Assembly (NCBI GenBank): GCA_043228905.1 | Contig: JBHGNT010000011.1 | Location: 7,068,001 to 7,132,000, forward strand | DNA from: Azolla caroliniana | Lineage: Eukaryota > Plantae > Polypodiophyta | DNA length: 64,000 nucleotides | Direction: 5' to 3' | In this document: positions 37,129 through 49,113 of the stretch, piece after piece | Layout: each line of letters starts with the position of its first letter | Numbering within the stretch: position 1 is the stretch's first letter | Translations under genes and position numbers: made by a program | The notes under the pieces: model-generated | What the model was told of the DNA's origin: nothing | The model's database searches: none | Seen by the model: the letters and a program-made list of their open reading frames with translations, nothing else

Positions 37129-38644
37129 TGTTACCCTGTATGAGATGTACGGAGAGTCAAGTGTGATGAGCGAGGGTCGAATGTTATCATGATTATGTTG
37201 TGTATGTATAGGGGGCATAAATGTAATTGTGAGTCTTTATGTATGTGAACACATGCACACGTGTGTGCATGTGGATGGATACGAGGAGGTGTGAGTGAGT
37301 GTCCAGTATGAATGCTCGAGGGGCTTACACCCCTATGTATCTACCCCCTCTTGTACTATTTAACCCCATATGGGGAATGAATGAAACATGAATAACCATT
37401 TCTCTCTCAATCTCTCTCTCCCTCTCTCTCTTCCCTCCCCTTAATGTTGAACCCCCTTGGGAGGGGGGTGGAGCCATTCTAGGCACCACCCCCCACCCCA
37501 CAATGCTTCTCTATATGATCTCTCTCACCATCATACTCTCCATCACCATGTCTATCTTCATTACCAAGCATCATAATTATCATCATTAACCCTAACCCTA
37601 AATCCTACAACACCTTTTGGCGACCACTAAGGCGACCCCCCTTCGGAGACGAAGTCGAAGATTAATACGTGGCAGAGACAACAATGACGAAATGTGCGAT
37701 AATGGTAACGATGATGTGCAAGAAATCAAATCAATGATGTGCTGCAAATGGTGGTCACGATATACTAAACGAAGTCGAGGAATGAGAAATGGTGTTGACG
37801 ATTTGCGTGTAGTTGATCGCAAAAGAAAGACGAACAGAAGCTTATGATCTATGGGTTAGCAATGGAAGTGCAAAGGAGAGAGAGACCCAACCATCACAAG
37901 CCGTATCTTCCAAAGATGAGAGTGCATTTCTATCCACATATGACCGGTCAGACATGACCAGAAAGACAAACGACCGGAGGGCCGAATGATGACCAAACCA
38001 AACGGGCATGGATGGGCTGGATAGAGACAACGCTTGAATGAAGCAAAGATGGCTGGACGAGATTCGACAGACATGAATTAGACAAACGACCAGAGACTGG
38101 TCAGACAAGGCCGACAAAGATGGAAATGATGGAACAAAGATGGAGAAGGCAATGAAGAAAGTGAAAGAAACGCCAAAAATAACTGACGAAAACATAAGGA
38201 CAAAGGCCGGAATGGCTGGACAGTGGGCGAGAGTGGCCGGAGTGACCGGAGTGGATGGACAACAGTCCGAGAGGCCAAAGTGCCCGGACAATAGTTGGAA
38301 CGGTCGGATAGGCCGAGAGTGGCTGGACAGGAGCCGAAGAGCCGAAATGGCCAGAGAGCGGCCGGACAGGACGACAGTCGAACATCATTCATATGGCAAC
38401 GACCTAATAAAGCAGCCGAGTTGGGGTGGCCAGACAACCAATGGCCAGAGCGGTGGCCGAATAGCGATGACTGGATGCCACGTACAAAGAAAGTGGCGTC
38501 GGCCTTACAATAGCCCGATAGTGGCAGTGACCGAATTGCGGCTAGAGCAGCGGTCAGACAGAGACACGCCGAACAGATGGAGGAACTGGGAACCGGACGG
38601 ACAGGCGCGACAGCGGAACAATGATACAGAGGCAGAGACGGAAC
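37129..38644 (+). mobile_element. Truncated LTR element G (LTR 37129-37612, PBS, leader), probably Ty3/gypsy
   Basis: TGTTA...CAACA LTR followed by TGGCGACCAC (tRNA-Arg-like PBS). It interrupts the RT of E, which resumes at IAHAVGVVSRF with the middle of RT missing. Confidence 0.65.
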
Positions 38645-39417
38645 ATTGCTCACGCAGTTGGTGTAGTGAGTCGTTTTCTCTCCAACCCTGCAAAAGATCA
38701 CTGGGAAGCAGTGAAATGGATCCGGGGATATCTGAAGGGTACCTCAAGAGTTTTTCTAAAATTTGGTGAGAACCAAACTATATTAGATGGATATATAGAT
38801 GCCGATACGGCTGGTGATGTTGACTCAAGAAAGTCTACATCTGGATACCTAATGATCTTTGCAGGGGGAGCGGTCTCTTGGCAATCGAGACTGCAAAAAT
38901 GCGTGGCATTATCCACACCGGAGGCTGGATATATTGCTGCCACAGAAGCCAGTAAAGAATTGTTATGGCTAAAGAAATTCCTACAAGAGTTGGGGCTGAT
39001 TCAAGAAAGATACATCCTGTATTGTGACAAGCCAAAGTGTTATACATTTAAGTAAGAATTCTTCCTTTCATTCTAAGTAAGATACCATTGGATTAGAGAT
39101 GTGCTTGAAGAAAAGAAAATGCAAATTGAAAAGATTCACACAAATGAGAATGGCTCCCACATGATGACAAAATCATTGTCAAGGGAGAAGCTTGAAGTTT
39201 GCAAACAAAAAGCAAACCTAGTTGTGCCCCCCACTTGAGATGGAGGGGGAGAATTGTTGGGTCTATCCACTCAAGTTGAGCCCATGACATGGAGTTGGCT
39301 GAGAGCCAGCTACCAACTCTATGTTGAATCAGTTGGGCGTCGATTCAGGCTGAGCGTTGATTCGGTTGGACGCTGAATCGACTTAGAGCTAAAGAAAGGA
39401 AAAAGTTATATGTTTAT

Positions 39418-39470
<53 letters not shown>

Positions 39471-41883
39471 TGTATGTATGTTTTTATGTGTTATTTTTTC
39501 TTCTTGTGTGTGTGTGTGTGTGTGTTTTGGTATGTCTATGTGTGAATGCAGATACGAAAAAAAGAGACGTTACTCCAAAAAGGCTCATAAAAAGAAGGCA
39601 TAGATAGAAAAACGAACAATGTGAAAAACTGAGAGAAAGATAGAGAAAACAGAGCGCGTTACAAAGAAAAACTGCACATGAGTGAACAGAACTAAGGCTG
39701 GAAAAACAGAGATTCGAGAAAAAGAGGTGTGTGAGAAAAACACAACAAAGCTTCTGCAAGAAAACAGAAACAAGTGTGAGAGCTTGAGAACAAGGTGATC
39801 GAGAGCGAGAACTCGTTGCAAGTGTAAAGACGGAGATCTAGCGAGGTGTTGTCTGAACAACCCAAAAGAGTCACAGCAACTCTTCTGTCCACTTGTAACA
39901 GGCTTATTTGTTCTGTGTTTTTTGGTTTTCTTTCTATTGTTTATCCTATCTGGTAGGGTGAATATTGCATCCAAGGCCGTAGCCTTGAAATATATGTGCA
40001 TATCTCTAGAGTAAGCTCTAGAGGCTGTCAACACCTTGTATACTCAGAAAATAGTGAATTTGTTTCGGAACCTAAGGTTCCCTTGGTTTTTCCCAATTTT
40101 GGGTTTTCCAAGTTAAATCTCGGTGTACTCTCTCATTTTGTCTTGTGGTTTCATCTATTGTTTATCAAGTGTGAATTGTGTTTGAAATTTTAATCATCCC
40201 GATTCCGCTACATATTCCCAACACGATGGTTTGTGGTTGGTTGGCTTTGCTCCCTCTAGGGACCCGTCCTTGCTCACCAACGGTTGCGGACATTTCACAA
40301 TCTACAGTTCGATTTAGCAGCGAGAACGAAAGCTAGTAAGTACCGTAGTGTAAGTGAAAGATACCCTGATGATATTTTGTCACCTGTTTCCAACAACAAG
40401 GTAGTGGCGATTGGGATACGCTACGAAGAATAGACGCGACTCTCGATTCTCTGAAAAGGTGGATTTTGGAAATACTTCAGGAAGTTGTTTGGATCCTTAT
40501 CACAAAACTCTCATTCTTTACCTCTATTATTTTTTCACGCATGAATTCCGTTCCCTTTCATGACCCTTTCTTCTACCACATTCCTCCCATTCCGTGAACT
40601 TTTGTTTCTTTCACTCTCGGAGTAGGCGCGAAGCCAGCCAACCTTCCCAACTTTATAGGTTTCGACTAGGGAAGTCTTTATATCAATCAAATTTTGGTTG
40701 GGTATCTCTCACACACTTCCTTCTATGAACCTCGGGTTGTAAGTCACTTTTGAGAGTCTGTCCAAGAAGGCTTGGATTTCCATGATCGATACTATCGTGC
40801 GTGTTTACCAATACCTTCTCTCATACACTAAACGGTACCACAAAGATCTCTACGTACTTGTCTTAGACAAGTATGCTGAGACCTTCCCAACCCAAACCCG
40901 TGGAAGCGGCAAAGGCTGCAGGGTGAAGCACATTGCTCTAAGAAAAGAAGGGGTCGCACATGCGGCCTGTACAAGTCTGTCTTAGAATTATGGTATGTTA
41001 AAGGGCATAGTAGCACGCGCCTACAGTTAGATTTGGGAATGCAAGGGGGGCGGGGCAGGCGAGAGATTCCGCTATGCTTTCTGTGCGCCATGATATTACA
41101 AAATCAAGGCCGCAGGTCCAGCAGTATTTTCACGAAGATGCCGTCTATAGTGGTTCCCTCGAGCCCAGCCCTTGGTCGTCATTGACCTGAGATTAGGTGC
41201 TACTTTTTCGTAGGCATCAATTCGTCATATATCTATGTCCCAGCGAAATGGTCTTTCGACCTTCGCTCGATCTCCACAGCTTAGATCCCATAATACACGT
41301 AGTTGTTGTTCCATTGTCGTCAAAGCCTCGAGCTTTAATCCATCCGGAACTGGAGTCAATTTTCTCATGTCATTCAAGTGTACAACGTCCTTCAATGTTA
41401 GTTCATTAATGTCCATTGATTTAGACTCCTTCTCCGCCACCTTATACAAATAAGACCGATAGGGGTCAGGCCTTTCATTTGAGGGCCCCTGTTCCCTAGC
41501 CCTCACAACGAACCACCATATGGAAGCCTTTCGACTCGTACGGTTCGCCCTCTCAGATCTAGACCCTGACATTACCAGTTAGGACTTTACCCGTTGTTCT
41601 GCCATGGTGAGGCCCAGTCCATCTTGTGTGTGGAGTGGCGTACAGATTTGTTAAGGAAATATTTGTTCCCTTAGTAGAGAACAGTACAATCCTGGAGTAG
41701 CCCTCTTTGTATTAACTGCTAAGGTCTATGTCGTCACTACAAGCGAGGCCTCTAAACTCTTCAAGGACGTCGTCAAAGAAGGGGATGATTGGCCCCGACT
41801 TTTGAAACTACTAAGTTTTCCTTTTTAGTGAGAGCTATGCGGCCCTTGCTTTTCTTGCGGAAAAAAGAAGAAACCTTGCCAAA

Positions 41884-42310
41884 GTAAGCTCAGCAGTCAG
41901 CCTACGGGTGTACGGTAAGGTGTTTGGCTTTTTTTTGCTGGATCTAGAGAGATACTACGAGTCCCCCGCCCTAGATTCCCGAATCCGTGGTTATCTAGTT
42001 CGCCGGTGCTACCAAAAATTCTGATGCTTACATTACCGAACTAGTAGTGTCAGTCTGAACGGCCGGCGGAAAACCCAGTTGTGCTTTTAGCATCGGTTGT
42101 AAGCTCAGCAGTCAGCCTACGGGTGCACGGTAAGTGTTTGGCTTTTTCTTGCCGGATCTAGAGAGATACTACTAGTCCCCCGCCCTAGATTCTCGAATCC
42201 GCGGTTATCTAGTTCGCTGGTACTACCAAAAACTCTGATGCTTATGTTACCGAACTAGTAGTGTTAGTCTTAACGGCCGGCGGAAAACCCAGTTGTGCTT
42301 TTAGCATCGG
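41884..42310. repeat. About 215-bp tandem duplication in mitochondrial-like DNA
   Basis: GTAAGCTCAGCAGTCAGCCTACGGGTG...TTTAGCATCGG at 41884 and 42099. Confidence 0.9.
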
Positions 42311-42660
42311 CTTTGTATCGAAGTTGGAAACTCCCCGTGCTAGGCCATAAATGCTTGGAGTCCATATTTATTATGGTGGAGATAATGCTATGATAGAATT
42401 GATTGCTCAATAACCTAACCGAGCGCACGTTCGAGTCATTGGCTCATCCGACCTCGCATTCATGAGTAACCCATTCAATTATCTTTCAGAGACACGGTTG
42501 GAAAGTGAGGGCCGAAAGTGACTGGCCTCACTCTTTCCTTTCGCAAAAGGCTATGTTCCCTATTTATTAAGGTAAGTTGCCTCCGTCTCATCGTGAGCAC
42601 GTACAATGTTCTGATTACATTGTTTAGTAATACATTTACTTGGTGGTTTAATGGTCGCCT

Positions 42661-44710
42661 CTCCAAGAATGGAAGGTAAAAATGTTAGAACTTCTCTTCT
42701 ATTCAAATCGGAGAATTTATGGAGGAATTCGAGTTTGAAATTCCCAAAAACCACACGAGTATATAGCCAAAGAGGATAGGTTGCACCTAAAATTATCCCA
42801 AGTGCCGCTGATGTGGCCACTAAGCTATTTTTTTAAGAAGTTCCCACTAGAATAGGAAATTCTCCAATGGAGCTACTAGTGCAGGGTAAACTCATATTAG
42901 TTGGAGTAGAAAGTAATGGAATGGTGAAGAAATTTAGCATGGTGCTTGCTAGACCTCCGTAATACCTAACAAGTCGGGTCTTATATCAGTCATATGGAGC
43001 ACCAATGCATGAGAAAAGGGCTAAAAGAACCAGTCCATAACTTGACGTGGGTAAAATGCTACCTTCAATTCCCTATATGTTTGATAGAGTGAAATCTTCT
43101 CCCCGAGTATGCCGATTCCTCCTGAACCGTACAAGGTAGTTACCTATCATACGGCTCTTTAACTCCACTTATTGGGTTGTTCGGCTTCCAATCGATGGTA
43201 GTACCTGAGATCTGTTACTGAAATGAACCCCTTTGAACATAAAGTCGCCCGCTTTCTATTCATGGTTGGCGGTTGCGGACTTACTAAATAAAGCATCTGG
43301 AACCGGAGGAACCGGATACGATAACGACGTATCCTGAAAGCAAGCCTCTAACTCGAATAGGATTGTGTCGTCAATGGCCTTCCCATCAAGAGGGAGAGGA
43401 GGGCCAAGTGTCTGCCTGTATTTTTTTTTTGGCTTACTCTTGGGTGGACAGTAACCTATGAACCTATGTTACATGGAAAGTGGGACTGTGGCATGTAGTT
43501 TTATTGTTGTTACCAGGGCTGGAAACCAACCGGTTCTGTGTGGTGGCAAACACATCCGCACCCCACCCGTCCCCAATGAAATTAATAATCCACTCCCTTG
43601 CCAATTGTGGCCTTAAGACTTAGTCTCGATGGTTGGACACGTGTCAGCTGTAGGAAGTACTGGGCACGTTAGGGAAGAGAATGCATTAAGGCTGTGAACT
43701 TTGAGTTTTCCTCTCTGAGCCTAGAGAACGCTCTGCATTTCTCAGGGGCTTTAGCCACTCAACCGAAGGGAAGAGGGTAAACTGATTCTTACTCTGTAGA
43801 GCCGTGCTGCGCATTTTTGTTCGTAGAGCTAGTGAAGTTCCCGAACCTACTCTACTCTCCTTGCCGCCTTTTGATGAGAAAAGTAGAAAATGAAAGAACG
43901 CCGCCTCTAAGGCCCCGCATCCAACACAAGTACTTCCTGCTAAATTCAATCACGCTGCTTCTACGACATGCTACGCTTTCTGTCCTATGGTTAGAAGGTT
44001 AATTGGTCGCACGTCCGACATACAGGTTTTTTTTGGCCTTGCGTGTTCATGGCTTAACTATAGGTGACCTTACGGCCGCCCGACTAGACATACCAATAGT
44101 TACAAAATTCATATAGGCTACTAAAGGGTAGGCAATAATCTTTTTCAGATCAATTTATCTTATAGTAGTCAAGAGAGTGTATATAATAGCAATCATGCTT
44201 AGAGTATAAATAAAAAGAGTAAAATAAAGTATCACTCCAGGAAACATGAGTACAGAAAATCTTAAAAAACCATAGGTTCCCAGTTTTAAAAAAATTCCTG
44301 CCAAGATTACAAATCCAGCTGTAAGTACCTCTACATGAGCTTTGGGTAACCAAATATGAACTGGTACCATAGGCACTTTTACAGAGAAAAAAGCGAAAAA
44401 GCCGAGCCATAGCAAGATTTAGCGCCATTCACTAGACTCCGTGGTTAATAATATATGCAAATCGATACTTACCGTCTGAAAGAATATCAATAAGATAGCT
44501 ACGAGCATGAAGACAAATCCAAACAAGGTATATAAGAGAAACTAATGTGCCGCTCATATTTTTCTTATCTAGAACCCCATATCCCTATAATAATAAACAT
44601 AAATATTAACACGCTTTCGAAAGAAACATAAAAAAGTAAAATATGCAGCATGCGAGACACAACAATCGTAAAAGTTTCACCAATTGAAAATGCTACAATA
44701 TACTCTTTCT
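42661..44710 (-). pseudogene. nad4: Mitochondrial nad4 fragment (NUMT): exons 44082-44710 and 42661-43083
   Basis: VKVPMVPVHIWLPKAHVE, LKLGTYGFLRFS, FSDLNRREV. The middle exon is exactly 423 bp, as expected between intron sites 976 and 1399. Confidence 0.95.
43084..44081 (-). other. Group II intron nad4i976
   Basis: 5' GGGCG, domain V GAGCCGTATGATAGGTAACTACCTTGTACGGTTC, 3' end ...CTCTAT. The start of nad4i1399 (AGGCGACC) follows the next exon at 42660. Confidence 0.9.
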
Positions 44711-44782
44711 CATCAAACCCGAGGATCGAGCCTGGGTCACCCGTGTGACAAGCAGGAATCCTAACCACTGTACTACAATGAC
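44711..44782 (-). tRNA. Degenerate nuclear-type tRNA-Asp(GTC), copy 1
   Basis: GTCATTGTAGTACAGTGGTTAGGATTCCTGCTTGTCACACGGGTGACCCAGGCTCGATCC; acceptor stem damaged. Confidence 0.7.
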
Positions 44783-45002
44783 ATCCTGGTGTTGGGAAAA
44801 GTATTCTCTATACTACTTGTTCGGACCATAGACCGGAATGACAAGGAATACCCGTGTGTGCACTCGGACGAGATCATGGTAATATGGCACCTGCCTCGCT
44901 GACGACCCACTGTACGCCTCCAAGTGTTCGAAAAGAGTAGATAGTTTGGCGGAGCGAACAACAATACCCTACGAGATGACAGGAGGTTCACAACACCCTT
45001 CA

Positions 45003-45074
45003 CGCCGTTGCCAGGGATCAAATCCGGCTCACTCGTGTGACAGGCGGGAATACTCAACACTATATTACAATGAC
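45003..45074 (-). tRNA. Degenerate nuclear-type tRNA-Asp(GTC), copy 2
   Basis: GTCATTGTAATATAGTGTTGAGTATTCCCGCCTGTCACACGAGTGAGCCGGATTTGATCCCTGGCAACGGCG; resembles plant cytosolic tRNA-Asp with a mutated B box. Confidence 0.78.
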
Positions 45075-46936
45075 ATTCTGGTATTGGAGGAAGTATCCTC
45101 TGTACTACAACACCGTGTCATTTGAAACAGGTAATATGTTGTATTCTCTTTTGCCATAGTTGGTGAGATGCAGAAAAGTACCCTGATTTAGCATGATTTC
45201 TAAAATGTACAATGCATGCGTACCTATTTTGGTGAATTGTATACGTCTTGTTTTCGTGTCAATTTGTATATCCTGGTGTACAATTGAATACTAGGTTGAA
45301 TATTAAACATCTTTATTTGGTATCCATATTCAAATTGTATAGTAAAACTACATAAACCATAAATGTTAATATGTGCTTTAGGGTTGAGGAAAAAAGTAGT
45401 CCCCCACTTGTTGGACGGGTATATCGATAGTTTCATTGTATAATGTCATATAATCCATCACAATGTAATTGGTAAGAGTAACAATTATGTACCACGTTCA
45501 TTTATACTATTTGAAACCAACAGACTTGGAACATAGCAAACTGAAAACCATTTATTATCAAGAACATTCACAAGTTCATGTATGTAATCATGCTAGGAGA
45601 TTGTGTTACATCTTCTAGGTCCACAAGCTCCCCTGCTTCTTCATCAATACGTTCCATTGGTTCTTGTGAAATCATTTGGAACATCTCTCTCTCATTGATG
45701 TGCTTAGCTCCGACTTCTTGATCCTGATCTGGACAGTCCCAGATTCCTGTGATCCTCATTTTGATGAAGTTAACTTGTGCAGGGTCCTTCTCCAATGCAA
45801 CACAGTTTCAAAACATCTTCAATGCACAAGCTGTTGTAGTACCTAATGGCCGCATGAACACGAACAAGTATATATAAGAATTAAAGGCTTAAACTTGATC
45901 GACAAAAATCAAAGTAAATATATTTTATATACATGTGCTAGAGAACAAGTCTAGGACCCAATCATCTGGATTCGAGAAGAGCTCTAGGAGGCGGTTGATC
46001 AATCTTTGAGGTTTTTGATAAGGATTCACCATACTCTTATCACTTGAAACATGCCTTAATTTTTTTGTGACATTTGGGCACATAATATAATTTACCACAT
46101 TACGCTGTCGTAGTGTAATTTACACACTACGTGAAAATTGCATTTTGTCCATCCGGATAGAGAATGAAATACCCGGTGAGAACTGGACGAAGTGAAACCG
46201 GCAAGGAGGAATTGGCAAGGAACAGCCGGATGAAGAAGACCGGTGAGAGTCTCTTATGGGATGAAGAGACACAATTGTAAATAAAAGAAACATTAACATT
46301 TTTCTTACGAGCATAGGGCAAGATTCGAACCTAGCACCTCCACGAAGACAAAGTTTAGCCTTACCATTATACTAACTTATTCTAAGTGTTTTAAATATAG
46401 ATTTATTACGTATAAAACCTTTAATTTCGCCTACCTTTATGAAAAGGTAAGTCATGCATTTTTAGAATGCGTGAAAACTTTATTTATATACACACTAATA
46501 AAAGTACGCGTGCACATCTAGCGGGCATGAATGCTAAATTTAAGAAATTGTAGTGGGAAAAGTAAAGCATGCAAATTTAGAGAGCATGAACACTTTAGAA
46601 AAGCAAGAAGCTATGCTTAGCCTCTTCCGTCCTTATATAAGGAGGAGAGAAAGATGTATAAGGGTTGGTTATTTTTTTGGATTAAGTATTGATCAATATG
46701 AGAATTATTCATGGGATTCACGATTTATGCATCTACTTCTTTCTTAACAACCTAAGTACCAATTAATATAGTATACTCGTGTGATTCATGAGTTTCTTAT
46801 CTTTCTCTTTGCTATCTACTCATAATTAATCTCTATCTCACGATCTCCTTTCTCCTAGTCCAAAACCCCAACGGTTCCTACCCGACTCACGTAACAATCC
46901 GGCGTCGAGAGGCACGACACAAGTGGTGAACCCGAC

Positions 46937-48874
46937 ATGAAAACGGGTGGCAAGGAGATGGAGATTCAACAAGCTAACAATATGATGGCGATGTTTGAGC
47001 GGATGCTACAAGAACAACGCGCGATGTTGGAGATTTCGGCAGCAGTAGAGCGGCTCGTGCAACGCAACGGGCAATTCAACGGTAAGGATGTGTCGCGATA
47101 TTGGCAGGACTACAAGGCAGAGATGCTCCGGTGCCGGATTTTGGAAGGACTGCAAGTGACATCCTTCAACCGGGTGGCGATCGACGGATTTCAAGGGAGT
47201 ATCCACAGGTTACAACAACAAAATCCAACGTGGGAAGCATTTGAAGAAGTGTTAAAGACCACGTTCGCCATCGAGGACTCCAAGGCAATGCGGAGGGGAT
47301 TTGAAGATTGGGTGGAAACGCCAGGTAAGGGGCTGAAGGTCCTCGAAGTGTTTTCGTCATTCAAAAGTCGGTTCGGGGGTTTGTCTGCGAGAGATCAAAC
47401 TATTCTTGCACCGGACAAAGTCATCATGTTTTTGCGAGTTGTGGACGTCCGGGACCGGAAAGATCTCGGAGTGCTTCTGGAGGACACGACCACCGAAAGC
47501 GGCCTCACCGAAACGTGCGAAAGCGTGCGGGATATCGTCGCGCGATACACGAAGAGGGGGCAGTGGCTTGCTAACGAAGAGAAGAGGGTTTCGGAACCGA
47601 TTCTGAAACCGAGATCCGGATTGGAGGACCATCAACTGCGAGCTCGAGAGACTACGACCGAGAAGGGGATTGGCACAACCACGGTGGAGCAATTGCTGAA
47701 AGATATGGAGAATCTGAAAATCGCGATGGTAAAGAAGTCGGGAGACCGTCCCACAAACTCCAAGTATATGGACCGTCGATGTATATGGTGTGATAGCACC
47801 GAACACGATCGGAGGGATTGCGATGAGCACAAGGAGGCGTTACGACGTGATCTTATCTACTACGAGGGAAATCAGATTCATTCGATGGACTCTCGGAAGC
47901 CACTCCGACCGAGCTTCCGGAAAGGCGGCATGAAGAAGGTTCTAGAGGAGGAAATAGCAGCAAAAGGTAATTATGTGACTGTGGGTGAGTCGTCGGGAGC
48001 AAAGGTGTCTTTTTGGCTAGATATGCTAGAAAACCCCGAGAAAACGGACTCCAATGAGATCCGAAGCACCGCGGACGGTATCCGTGAAGCTACAGAATGG
48101 GAGTGCCCTGTGGATAAGAATAGCGTGTTTGCTTTATGCCAATTGCATGAAGTGTATGTAGATGAGAAGCGACGGTGCACGGATGAGGCGGCCGGTCCAT
48201 CGAAGACACTGGAAAGTTGGAACTCCGGAGGTAAGGGAAAAGAAAAGATGATTCCGGCATTCAAGCTCGCCTCGGACATCGAACAACAAAAGGACTTGAA
48301 AAAGGTGTTCGAGGAGAGAATCCTCGATAGCCGGGTAGATTTTTTGCTTCGAGAATTACTCAGAATAGCGAAGAAGGAGTTCCACAATCTTCTTGTGGAT
48401 ATCTTGAAGAGAAAAAGGCAAAGTACGGAGGAGAACGCTCCAAGGGTGAATGCAAATACCGTTCTAATGAATGACACCGAATTGGAGGATGAAATACCGA
48501 ATTCTCACTACACAAAGCCACACTGGGCACGCGCAACTATGGAGACTCCGGTCCGAATCGGTAACATCAAAGAGCCCGTGCTAGCATTGATTGATCACGG
48601 ATCAGAGATCAACTTGATGTCCAAGGAGTTCTACCGGAAGGGTAAGTGGCCTATTAACACGAATCATGGGTGGAAGATCCGGGCAGCCATTAAAGCAACG
48701 GAAGAGCTATTTGCGGCTTGTCCGGATGTGATGGTGAAGATCGGGGATGTGGAGATAGACCAAAATTTCTTCATGCAAGATGAGGTCTCACACTCCGTGA
48801 TCCTTGGGCAACCCTTTATCATGGCTTCACGGATGGAGACAAAGGTGCTCGATAGCGGTGCGGCTTTTGCATGA
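46937..48874 (+). CDS. Gypsy gag-protease
   Basis: CIWCDSTEHDRRDC knuckle and LIDHGSEINL aspartic protease; ATG directly after the PBS. Confidence 0.88.
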   Translation: MKTGGKEMEIQQANNMMAMFERMLQEQRAMLEISAAVERLVQRNGQFNGKDVSRYWQDYKAEMLRCRILEGLQVTSFNRVAIDGFQGSIHRLQQQNPTWEAFEEVLKTTFAIEDSKAMRRGFEDWVETPGKGLKVLEVFSSFKSRFGGLSARDQTILAPDKVIMFLRVVDVRDRKDLGVLLEDTTTESGLTETCESVRDIVARYTKRGQWLANEEKRVSEPILKPRSGLEDHQLRARETTTEKGIGTTTVEQLLKDMENLKIAMVKKSGDRPTNSKYMDRRCIWCDSTEHDRRDCDEHKEALRRDLIYYEGNQIHSMDSRKPLRPSFRKGGMKKVLEEEIAAKGNYVTVGESSGAKVSFWLDMLENPEKTDSNEIRSTADGIREATEWECPVDKNSVFALCQLHEVYVDEKRRCTDEAAGPSKTLESWNSGGKGKEKMIPAFKLASDIEQQKDLKKVFEERILDSRVDFLLRELLRIAKKEFHNLLVDILKRKRQSTEENAPRVNANTVLMNDTELEDEIPNSHYTKPHWARATMETPVRIGNIKEPVLALIDHGSEINLMSKEFYRKGKWPINTNHGWKIRAAIKATEELFAACPDVMVKIGDVEIDQNFFMQDEVSHSVILGQPFIMASRMETKVLDSGAAFA

Positions 48875-49113
48875 ATTCGGAGTCAAAACGGAGGGAAATC
48901 CGTCCAATTCCTAACTGTGCCGGAAAATCATGAAAGGAACAAGAGGGAGCTCTTGTCCCAAACGAAGATGGATTTTTAGATCGGACTGTTGCGGAGTGGG
49001 GAAGTGATAGTCCGAGAAGTCCTGATACCCCACACAGGAAGAAGACTCTCGGACCAAAACAAGTACAAATCGGTCCTGATGGGGCATCAACGTACGCAGC
49101 CATAGCCGGAGGA

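Larger units (their letters stand above)
27337..40223 (+). mobile_element. Ty1/copia element E (Tnt1/Tork-like) hosting F and G
   Basis: LTRs 27337-28246 and 39255-40223. TSD CAATG/CGATG (one mismatch). PBS 28249-28260. Gag-PR 28290-29484, INT-RT 35556-37128, RNase H 38645-39240, PPT about 39241-39252. Confidence 0.9.

Noticed and set aside
39410-39607. ORFs over TA/TATG/TG and CT microsatellites (also 7436-7750 and 61826-62032)
   Set aside because: Low-complexity translations of simple repeats inside LTRs.
40224-41880. Short ORFs, a protease-like IDGIFVKILLD stretch near 41120-41160 and a GTGCGA intron-like start near 40960 (both minus strand)
   Set aside because: Too degenerate to assign; probably mitochondrial intergenic DNA with retroelement debris.
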